A stretch of DNA of 64,000 bases from an uncultured delta proteobacterium (lineage in GTDB: Bacteria > Myxococcota > UBA727 > VGSZ01), in assembly GCA_963775425.1 (NCBI GenBank), contig CAVZJB010000005.1, forward strand, positions 416,001-480,000, in the 5' to 3' direction. Both the position numbers and the translations under genes were made by a program. Below are positions 47,898 to 55,247 of this stretch, in pieces; position 1 is the stretch's first letter; the number at the start of each line of letters is the position of its first letter. The notes under the pieces are model-generated. The model did no database searches, was not told where the DNA came from, and saw only the letters and a list, made by a program, of their open reading frames with translations.

Positions 47898-48524
47898 ATG
47901 TCTCCCGTCGCGATTCGCACCCTCGAGGTGCTCGAGAACCACGTCTCCCCCATCAACGCGCGTTCCGTCTTTCGCCGCGCGCTCGATGCGGCGGGCTTCA
48001 CGCCTGAGACGATGTCCACGCGCGAGCTGACGGTCCTCTTGCCGGCGTTGAGCCGATCCGTGCGGCTCTTCGTCGACGCCCCGGTGCTTGCGCGCATCAT
48101 GTCGTCCCTCTCGGAGCTCGCCGAGGCCCGGCCGGCCACCACCGTCGAGAAGATCCCGATCGCCGACGAAGACGACGTGAGCAAGGCCCGCCTCACCGCG
48201 CGGTCCTTGTGCCGTGATGCGGCCACGCCGTCTTTGCAGGCACAGAAGATCGCAACCGCCGTGAGCGAGCTCGCGCGCAACCTCTTCCGCTACGCGACGG
48301 GCGGCGTCATCGAGCTCGAGATCACGGCGTCACCGCCGCGCTTCATCGTGCGCGCGCTCGATCGCGGCCCGGGCATCAACAACCTCCCGGAGATCCTCTC
48401 CGGCCGCTACAAGTCGCGAACGGGCATGGGGCTCGGCCTCCTCGGCACCAAGCGGATGGTGGACGAATTCGACGTCGTCACCGGGAGCACAGGCACGCGC
48501 ATCGTCGCGGTGGTGCACCTGTGA
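47898..48524 (+). CDS. rsbT: RsbT-like Ser/Thr kinase with N-terminal helical extension
   Basis: KIATAVSELARN, DRGPGI, YKSRTGMGLGLLGTKRMVDEF. Confidence 0.88.
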   Translation: MSPVAIRTLEVLENHVSPINARSVFRRALDAAGFTPETMSTRELTVLLPALSRSVRLFVDAPVLARIMSSLSELAEARPATTVEKIPIADEDDVSKARLTARSLCRDAATPSLQAQKIATAVSELARNLFRYATGGVIELEITASPPRFIVRALDRGPGINNLPEILSGRYKSRTGMGLGLLGTKRMVDEFDVVTGSTGTRIVAVVHL

Positions 48525-48607
48525 CGGCCCGGGTCGCGCCGGCCGGGGCGTCCTCGAGCGACGCCCGCTCAATCGACGAGCTCACGCTCGTCTTCGTGGA
48601 GGTGTGA
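48521..48607 (+). pseudogene. 28-codon ORF, probable internally deleted PP2C (RsbX-like) phosphatase remnant
   Basis: GTGA overlap with rsbT; MTARVAPAGASSSDARSIDELTLVFVEV*; ends 1 nt before rsbS. Confidence 0.5.
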
Positions 48608-48608
48608 A

Positions 48609-49052
48609 GTGCCATCGGACGCGTCCCCGGCCTCGATCCCCATCATCCGGCTCTGGGACATCCTGCTCGTCCCCATCCAGGGGGACCTCCCCGATCGCAT
48701 CGCAGAGCAACTGCGCGCCGACGTCCTCACGCGCGTCCAGGAGTCCGGCACGCGCCACGTCATCGTCGACGTGTCCGGCGTGTGGTTCATGGACAGCCAC
48801 CTGTGCATGGTGTTGTCGCAGCTCGCGAAGGCCGCGCGCTACATGGGCTGCTCCACCATCGTCACGGGCCTGTCGCCCGACGTGGCGCTGACGCTGCAAT
48901 CCATGGGGCTGCACATCGGCACGGGAACGACGATGCGAAACCTGGAGCAGGCGCTCGTGTCCCTCGGCGTCGCGCCCAAGAAGCGGGCCGACAAAGAAGA
49001 CGACGACATCATCCGCCGCATCACGCTCGGTGACAGGGAGAAGGAAGAATGA
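48609..49052 (+). CDS. rsbS: RsbS-like STAS antagonist
   Basis: IPIIRLWDILLVPIQGDL, DVSGVWFMDS (phospho-Ser position), GLSPDVALTL. Confidence 0.88.
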   Translation: MPSDASPASIPIIRLWDILLVPIQGDLPDRIAEQLRADVLTRVQESGTRHVIVDVSGVWFMDSHLCMVLSQLAKAARYMGCSTIVTGLSPDVALTLQSMGLHIGTGTTMRNLEQALVSLGVAPKKRADKEDDDIIRRITLGDREKEE

Positions 49053-49672
49053 ACGACGTCGTGACCTTCGATCGAATCCGAATCGCGCGCCTCGCGCAAC
49101 TCCTCGGAGCGTTGAGCATCGGGGACGGTATCGACGCCGCCAAGATCAACGTCGACACCCGCGACGAGCTCGCGGACTTCGAAGAGATGTTGAACATCTT
49201 CGCCGAGGAATACTCGGACGCGCTCGCCGAGAACGAAGAGCTGAACCGCCGCAGGCTCGAGACCATCGAGCGGCAGCAGGCCACCATCGCCGAGCTGAGC
49301 GTTCCGATCATCGATGTCTGGGACGACGTCGTCATGCTGCCCATCGTGGGCATCGTCGACACGCAACGCTCGGTGGACATGACGCAGCGGCTGCTCCGGC
49401 GTGTCGCCGCCGGAAACGCACGGTGCGTGATCATCGACCTGACCGGCATCGACGTCGTCGACACGTCCGCGACCGATCACTTGATTCGCATGATGCGCTC
49501 CGTGCAACTGCTCGGCGCGTTCTGCGTGATGTCGGGGATCTCCCCGAACATCGCCCAGACCATGGTGCAGCTCGACGTCGATATGGGCGCCGTGGCCATG
49601 GTGCGGAGCATGAAGGACGCGCTGCGCCTCTCGTTCCGGAAGCTCGACGCCCTCGAGCGCGGCGAGGGATGA
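49049..49672 (+). CDS. rsbR: RsbR-like STAS co-antagonist with short N-terminal domain
   Basis: ELSVPII, LPIVGIVDTQRS, IDLTGIDVVDT, LLGA, SGISPNIAQT. Confidence 0.88.
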   Translation: MNDVVTFDRIRIARLAQLLGALSIGDGIDAAKINVDTRDELADFEEMLNIFAEEYSDALAENEELNRRRLETIERQQATIAELSVPIIDVWDDVVMLPIVGIVDTQRSVDMTQRLLRRVAAGNARCVIIDLTGIDVVDTSATDHLIRMMRSVQLLGAFCVMSGISPNIAQTMVQLDVDMGAVAMVRSMKDALRLSFRKLDALERGEG

Positions 49673-50073
49673 CCGAGGAAGAGATCACGGTCCGCTCCAT
49701 CGTCGACGCCAGCGTGGCCGCCTCGCTGGCGCGCCGCTTCGCCGAGCGCTGCGGTCTCGAGCCGAAGGCAGCGACCGAGATCGGCATCGTCGCGCGGGAG
49801 CTCGCGACCAACATGGCGCGCCACGCCAACGAAGGCGTCCTCTACCTGCGCCTGGTGGGGGACACCGTGGAGCTCGAAGCCGTCGATTGTGGGGACGGAG
49901 CCCCGGAGGACCTCGCCCGCTCCGATCCGGGGGTCGTCGACGCCCGCGGGCGCGCGCGTGACGGGCTCGGCCAAGGGCTCGCGGTTGTGCGCCGGCTCAC
50001 GGACAGCGTCGAGGCGCGCCCCGCGCCGGGGCGCCGGGGCCTCGCCGTCGTCGCGCGCCGCCGCAAAGGGTGA
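49669..50073 (+). CDS. Second RsbT/RsbW-type GHKL ATP-binding protein (stand-alone)
   Basis: ELATNMARHA, AVDCGDG, GLGQGLAVVRRL. Confidence 0.82.
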   Translation: MTEEEITVRSIVDASVAASLARRFAERCGLEPKAATEIGIVARELATNMARHANEGVLYLRLVGDTVELEAVDCGDGAPEDLARSDPGVVDARGRARDGLGQGLAVVRRLTDSVEARPAPGRRGLAVVARRRKG

Positions 50074-50142
50074 GCCCCTGCCACATCTGTTGCACTTCAA
50101 GTGGACCGCGCAGGTGATAGGTAGCGCGCATTCGGGGGTCCC

Positions 50143-51165
50143 ATGAGCTCACTTGAAGGCAATCCGATCGATCAACTCGATGAAGTCCTGTTGGAGCCCG
50201 TCGGGCGCCGCGGCTACGCCGACTTCGACTACCCATGGCCGGCGCCGGCCGTCCCCACCGCCGCCGCGCTGGAAGCGGACGCCCGTGCGTGGGCGGTGCG
50301 TTTCGGTCTGGTGCAGGTGGCGGAGCTGCCTCGGCGCTTCGACCCGGTCAACGTCGGCCTGCTGACGGCGCTCAGCTACCCGGGCGCGCCGGCCAAGCGC
50401 CAGCACCTGATCGCGGAGCTGCTCGCCTGGATCTTCATCCAGGACGACGTCTACGACGACGCCGTCGCGTCCCACGATCCCGAGCTGCTGCACACGGTGC
50501 TCTCGGAGTACGTCGCGGTGCTCCGCGGCGCCGAGCCGGGACCGCGGGCGGGCGCGGCCAGCGTCGCGCTGGCGTCGCTGCGTGACCGAATCAACGCCGT
50601 CGCCGATCCCGCCTGGATGGATTGGTTCTGCGAATCCATGCGCGGCTTCTGGCTGGAGGGCATCGTCGCCGAGACGCGCATCCGCTCGCTCGACATCACG
50701 CCCGACGTGACCACCTACCTCCGTATGCGGGTGCACTCCATCGGCGTGCTTCCGTTCCTCGACCTCGTCGAGCTCGCCCACGGGTTCGCCTTGCCGCGCG
50801 TCGTGTGCGGCGACCCGACGATGATGAAGCTCCGCCTGCGGACGGCGCGCATCATCGCCTACGCGAACGACGTCTTCTCCTACGAGAAGGAGCGCCGCGC
50901 GGGCGATCCGAACAACCTCGTGCACGTCCTGCGGCACCACGACGGCTACTCGATCGCCGGCGCCGTCGACCGCGTCGTGCGCCTGCACGATCGCGAGCTC
51001 GAGCTGTTCCGGCGCGAGGCCGCGTCCACGCCGTTCGCCGGGATCCCGCACGTCGGCGACTTCCTCGAAGGGCACCGCGCGTGGATGCGCGGCGCCCTCG
51101 ATTGGCAGCGCATGTCGCGACGCTACACGACGGGCCGCGAGCTGCTCGACCAAGGGGCGCAATAG
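50143..51165 (+). CDS. Class I terpene cyclase (probable sesquiterpene synthase)
   Basis: DDVYD Asp-rich motif, YLRMRVHSIG effector region, NDVFSYEKE (NSE), NNLV, WQRMSRRY (WxxxxxRY). Confidence 0.93.
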   Translation: MSSLEGNPIDQLDEVLLEPVGRRGYADFDYPWPAPAVPTAAALEADARAWAVRFGLVQVAELPRRFDPVNVGLLTALSYPGAPAKRQHLIAELLAWIFIQDDVYDDAVASHDPELLHTVLSEYVAVLRGAEPGPRAGAASVALASLRDRINAVADPAWMDWFCESMRGFWLEGIVAETRIRSLDITPDVTTYLRMRVHSIGVLPFLDLVELAHGFALPRVVCGDPTMMKLRLRTARIIAYANDVFSYEKERRAGDPNNLVHVLRHHDGYSIAGAVDRVVRLHDRELELFRREAASTPFAGIPHVGDFLEGHRAWMRGALDWQRMSRRYTTGRELLDQGAQ

Positions 51166-51167
51166 CG

Positions 51168-52106
51168 ATGTTCTCCCTCGCACGCCCCACGGCAGGGGAC
51201 GCCGGCGCCCCGCAGCCGGCGCCGGCCGACGACATCGCCGCGCGCACGAACGCCGCGCTCGGCCGCGCCCTCGACGAGCACGCCGATGTCGACGGCACGC
51301 GGCCGCCGGCGTCGCTCCTCGAGGCCATGCGCTACGGCCTCCTCGCCGGCGGGAAGCGGCTGCGCCCGACGCTCGTCATCGAGAGCGCCCGCGCGGCGGG
51401 CCGGGTCTCCCTCGACGAGGCGCTCGAGCTCGCGGGGCCGGCGGCGCTGGCCGTCGAATACGTGCACACCTATTCGTTGATCCACGACGACCTCCCGGCC
51501 CTCGACAACGACACGCTCCGCCGCGGCCGGCCCACGATGCACATCCAGTTCGACGAGGCGACCGCGATCCTCGCCGGCGACGCGCTCCTGAGCGACGCCT
51601 TCGGCCTGGTGGCGCGCGCCCGGCACAACGCCGCCCGGCAGGTGCTCGAGCTGTCGTCCGCCGTCGGCAGCGCCGGCATGGTCGGCGGCCAGGTCGACGA
51701 CCTCGCGAGCGAGGGCGCCGCGCCGGACAGCGTCGACCTCCCCGCCATCCACCGCAGGAAGACGGGCAGGCTCTTCGTCGCCTCCTGCGTGCTCGGCGCG
51801 CTCTCCGCGGACGCGCCGGAGGATGTCGTGGCGATGCTCCGGGACTACGGCGCCGCGCTTGGGCTGGCCTTCCAGATCGCCGACGACGTCATCGATGCGA
51901 CGTCGACGGAGGCGCACGCGGGCAAGAACGTCGGGCGCGACGCCGAGCGGCAAAAGCCCACGTACCCGAGCCGCTTCGGCGTGAAGGCCGCGCGCGCCAT
52001 GGCCGTCGCGGCGTCGGAGCGCGCCGCCGGCCTGGTGAGCGCGCTCGGCGAAGCCGGCGACACCCTCGCGGCGCTCGCGCGCTTCGCCGCGCACCGGGAT
52101 CGCTGA
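51168..52106 (+). CDS. ispA: Short-chain polyprenyl (farnesyl) diphosphate synthase
   Basis: GGKRLRP, HTYSLIHDDLPALD..RRG, GQVDD, KT, FQIADD, GKNVGRD...KPTY; starts 2 nt after the cyclase stop. Confidence 0.9.
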   Translation: MFSLARPTAGDAGAPQPAPADDIAARTNAALGRALDEHADVDGTRPPASLLEAMRYGLLAGGKRLRPTLVIESARAAGRVSLDEALELAGPAALAVEYVHTYSLIHDDLPALDNDTLRRGRPTMHIQFDEATAILAGDALLSDAFGLVARARHNAARQVLELSSAVGSAGMVGGQVDDLASEGAAPDSVDLPAIHRRKTGRLFVASCVLGALSADAPEDVVAMLRDYGAALGLAFQIADDVIDATSTEAHAGKNVGRDAERQKPTYPSRFGVKAARAMAVAASERAAGLVSALGEAGDTLAALARFAAHRDR

Positions 52107-52235
52107 GCCCGGATCCGGGCAGGCCGGGGAAAACCCTTGAAGAATCAGGATATTGCGGCGACAGATCGCCGCCGTTCGACCGGTGAAGGGAAATGTAGGC
52201 GGGGCCGCCGATAATCGCCTCAACAGGAGGCTCCG

Positions 52236-53081
52236 ATGCCGGTCACGCTCTCAAACGACTCTCTCTCCCGCGCGCGCAACGCCTACCGCACGATCGAGCG
52301 AGAGGCGTCGGGGCCGACCAGCGAGCGGGACGAGAAGGAGATCGTCGCTGCGCTGCAGGGGCTGACGCCCACGGAGCGCGGCGAGGTCGTCCGGCTCATC
52401 AACTCGGGCTCGGACCCCATCACCACCGAGCACCTGCTCAACCACGACATCGACGACCCGGCGCTCCGCTCCACCGCCGCGCGGCTCATCCGCGAGGCCG
52501 ACGGGTTCTCCCGCGTGCCCGGCAACAGCATCATCAGCGACGTCGACAAGACGGTCCTCGACGGCGCCGGCCACCAGTACCCCGGCGTGCGCTCGCTGTA
52601 CGAGGCGCTCGGCGGCGGCGAGGGCAGCAACACGCACATCGTGAGCGCGCGCCCGCTGTCGTTCCTCTTGCCCACGGAGTTCGAGCTGCACGAGCTGCCG
52701 CACAACTCCGTGAACTACGGCAGGACGATCCCGTCGTTCTTCTCGCTGTTCGGCAGCCTCGACGGGATCATGAAGGAGAAGGTGAAGGACTGCCTCTCCG
52801 TGTTCGCCAGAAACCCCGAACGCACCTTCACGCTCGTCGGCGACACCGCCCAATCGGATCCGGCCGTGTACCGCGAGGTGCTGCGGCAAAAGCCCGAGCA
52901 GGTCGGGCTCATCCTCATCCACGAGGTCGACGGCCACGCCGCCCCCGCCGACCTCAAGAACGATCCGCACGTCGTCTGCTTCAGCGACTACGCCGACGCC
53001 GCCCGCAAGCTGGCCGCGCGCGGAGACATCACGCCGGAGCAGATGAACAAGGTGCTCGACGACGTCGCCGCCGGCCGCTGA
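52236..53081 (+). CDS. App1-like (HAD-type) phosphatidate/lipid phosphatase
   Basis: IISDVDKT (DxDxT), YPGV, VSAR, LVGDTAQSDP. Confidence 0.75.
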   Translation: MPVTLSNDSLSRARNAYRTIEREASGPTSERDEKEIVAALQGLTPTERGEVVRLINSGSDPITTEHLLNHDIDDPALRSTAARLIREADGFSRVPGNSIISDVDKTVLDGAGHQYPGVRSLYEALGGGEGSNTHIVSARPLSFLLPTEFELHELPHNSVNYGRTIPSFFSLFGSLDGIMKEKVKDCLSVFARNPERTFTLVGDTAQSDPAVYREVLRQKPEQVGLILIHEVDGHAAPADLKNDPHVVCFSDYADAARKLAARGDITPEQMNKVLDDVAAGR

Positions 53082-53107
53082 TCAAGCGCGGCCGCTGATC
53101 AGCGACC
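53079..53107. repeat. Fragments of the GATC-bounded repeat between convergent genes
   Basis: TGATCAAGCGCGGCCGC (reverse complement of the right arm) followed by TGATCAGCGACCG (left arm). Confidence 0.65.
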
Positions 53108-53108
53108 G

Positions 53109-55160
53109 TCAATCCTGCTCGAGGATCTTGAGCTCCACGCGACGGTTCTTCTCGCGGCCCGCGCGCGTCTTGTTGTCGGCGATGGGCTGGGTCTCGCCGT
53201 AGCCCTGCGACGTCAGGCGCGCGGGGGCGATCCCGTGGTCGACGAGGTAGCGCTCGACGCTGGCGGCGCGGCGCTTGGACAGGTCCATGTTGAAGTCGTC
53301 GGGGCCCTGGCTGTCGGTGTGGCCCTCGACCATCACCTTCTTGATCTCGGTGTGCGCCTTCATCACCGACGCCACCTGGTCGAGCAGGTTGAACGACTGC
53401 CGCTTGATCGTGTCCTTGCCGGTGTCGAAGTACACCGTCTGCTTCAGCTCGATCTTCTCCTTGGTCACGATGACCAGGGTCTTGCCCTTGTCGGGGCAGC
53501 CGTCGGTGTCGTCGACGCCGTTGATGGTCTCGGGCTCGTTCGGGCACTTGTCGTCGGGATCGGGGATGCCGTCCTTGTCCGTGTCGGGGCAGCCCTTGAA
53601 GTCGGCGGGCCCGGGCTTGTCGGGGCAGCGGTCGTCGTTGTCGGCGATCTTGTCGCCGTCCTTGTCGGGGCAGCCGTGCAGCTCGACGAGCCCGGCGACG
53701 TCGGGGCACCGGTCGTCCTTGTCCGCCACCGTGTCGCCGTCCTTGTCGGGGCAGCCGTGCGTCGCGGCCGGGCCCGCGTCGTCGGGGCAGGCGTCGTCGG
53801 CGTCGGTGATGCCGTCCTTGTCGCGGTCGGGCGCGGGGCAGCCCGCGAAGGCGGGGTCGCCCGCCTCGTTCGGGCACTTGTCATCCTTGTCGAGCACCGT
53901 GTCGTTGTCGTTGTCGACGTCGGGGCAGCCGTCGGCGTCCTGGAAGCCGTCGTTGTCCTCCGCCTGGTCGGGGCAGTGGTCGGCGCTGTCGGGCAAGCCG
54001 TCGCCGTCGTTGTCGGGGTCGGGGCAGCCGTCGGCGTCCTCGAAGCCGTCCTTGTCCTCGGGATCCTCGGGGCACTTGTCGTCGTCGTCCTGGATGCCGT
54101 CGTGGTCCTTGTCCGTGTCCTCGTGGGCATAGCGGACGCCGGCGAACAGGCGCAGGTCCGGTGAGCCGTAGCCCGGCAGGATGCCCGCGCCGAAGCCGCC
54201 CTCGACGTGGAGCCCCGGGAAGATCTCGTAGCGCGTGCCTGCGGCCCACTCGAGCGGGTTGGTGAGCCGCGCGTCCACCTCGGCGATGCGCTGCTCCTCG
54301 GGCGTGGCGCTCGGGTCCTGGATGAGGCCGAAGGGGTTTCGGTCGGCGGTGGCGCCGAAGAGCTCTGCGAACAGCATGAGGCTGTTCATCTTGCGCGTCA
54401 GCGACGAGAAGTCGTAGCCGACGCCGGCGCGGTAGACGAGCTCGGGGTTGATCTCGAGCGCGCCGAGGTAGCGCACCGGCTGGCGCAGGCGGTACGCGAG
54501 GTTGCCCGCCAGGCGGAAGCCGTAGACGTTCGTCGACAGCGCCACCTCGGGGATGAAGGCGAACTTGCCCGGCCCCTCGCCGAGGTAGCTGTTGCCGTAG
54601 TCGTAGGAGACGCCGCTGCCGCCGAATTTCAAGCCGCCCGCGGTGGGCAGCGTGACGGCGGGGATGATCGCGAGCGAGACGAAGTGCTTGTCCTCGCGCA
54701 GGATGCGCACCTTGGGCGCGATCTTGAGGTCGCCGATGCCGACGCTGGCGAGACCGGAGGAGACGCCGACGGCGTCGGCGAGGTTCTGCTGCACGTCGCC
54801 GCCGACCTGCAGGAACGTGATGGGCAGGTCGACGCCGAGGCTCACGTAGTCGAACAGGCCGATGGTGAACAGGGCGTCGCCGGCGACGCGGTGGGAGACG
54901 ATGTCGCCGACGACGTCGCCGTTGGCGTCGCGGATGACCAGGGGGTTGAGCGCGTAGTTGAGGTCGAGCCCCGTCTGGAAGCCCAGGTGCGTGGGGATGG
55001 AGCCCGACTCCGTGGTGACGAGCCCCTTGTCGTCGATGGCCGGCCGGAAGCGCTCGATGGGCAGCGTGAAGGCGTCGTCGCTCTGGGCGCGCACGGCCGG
55101 GGCGAAGGCGAGCCCCGCACAGAGGGCGCCGAGGGCGGGGAGGGCGGTGCGGAGCGTCAT
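53109..55160 (-). CDS. OmpA-family protein with beta-barrel and thrombospondin type 3 repeats (TraB-like architecture)
   Basis: Signal peptide, barrel, many DxDxDGxxDxxDxCP repeats, VEGHTD...LSKRRA...GYGE...NRRVE. Confidence 0.92.
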   Translation of the reverse strand: MTLRTALPALGALCAGLAFAPAVRAQSDDAFTLPIERFRPAIDDKGLVTTESGSIPTHLGFQTGLDLNYALNPLVIRDANGDVVGDIVSHRVAGDALFTIGLFDYVSLGVDLPITFLQVGGDVQQNLADAVGVSSGLASVGIGDLKIAPKVRILREDKHFVSLAIIPAVTLPTAGGLKFGGSGVSYDYGNSYLGEGPGKFAFIPEVALSTNVYGFRLAGNLAYRLRQPVRYLGALEINPELVYRAGVGYDFSSLTRKMNSLMLFAELFGATADRNPFGLIQDPSATPEEQRIAEVDARLTNPLEWAAGTRYEIFPGLHVEGGFGAGILPGYGSPDLRLFAGVRYAHEDTDKDHDGIQDDDDKCPEDPEDKDGFEDADGCPDPDNDGDGLPDSADHCPDQAEDNDGFQDADGCPDVDNDNDTVLDKDDKCPNEAGDPAFAGCPAPDRDKDGITDADDACPDDAGPAATHGCPDKDGDTVADKDDRCPDVAGLVELHGCPDKDGDKIADNDDRCPDKPGPADFKGCPDTDKDGIPDPDDKCPNEPETINGVDDTDGCPDKGKTLVIVTKEKIELKQTVYFDTGKDTIKRQSFNLLDQVASVMKAHTEIKKVMVEGHTDSQGPDDFNMDLSKRRAASVERYLVDHGIAPARLTSQGYGETQPIADNKTRAGREKNRRVELKILEQD

Positions 55161-55247
55161 GAGGCTCTCCGGGGGCGTCGACAGGAACCCGTTTCGCTAC
55201 CATGCTCCGGTGATGCACGTCCAAGAAGCCGCCGCCGGAGTCTCGCC

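Noticed and set aside
50143-51165. Geosmin or 2-methylisoborneol synthase
   Set aside because: Single 340-aa domain (geosmin synthase has two domains); no GPP methyltransferase or adjacent cNMP-binding gene as in 2-MIB clusters.
53109-55160. TraAB kin-recognition locus
   Set aside because: The architecture is TraB-like, but there is no adjacent traA-type gene; such OmpA/TSP3 paralogues are common in myxobacteria.
54207-55247. N-terminal extensions of the track ORFs for icmF, the TonB receptor (to 36202), PilZ (to 39258), SPFH (from 36442) and the diheme protein (to 27511)
   Set aside because: They overlap genuine neighbouring genes; better starts lie downstream.
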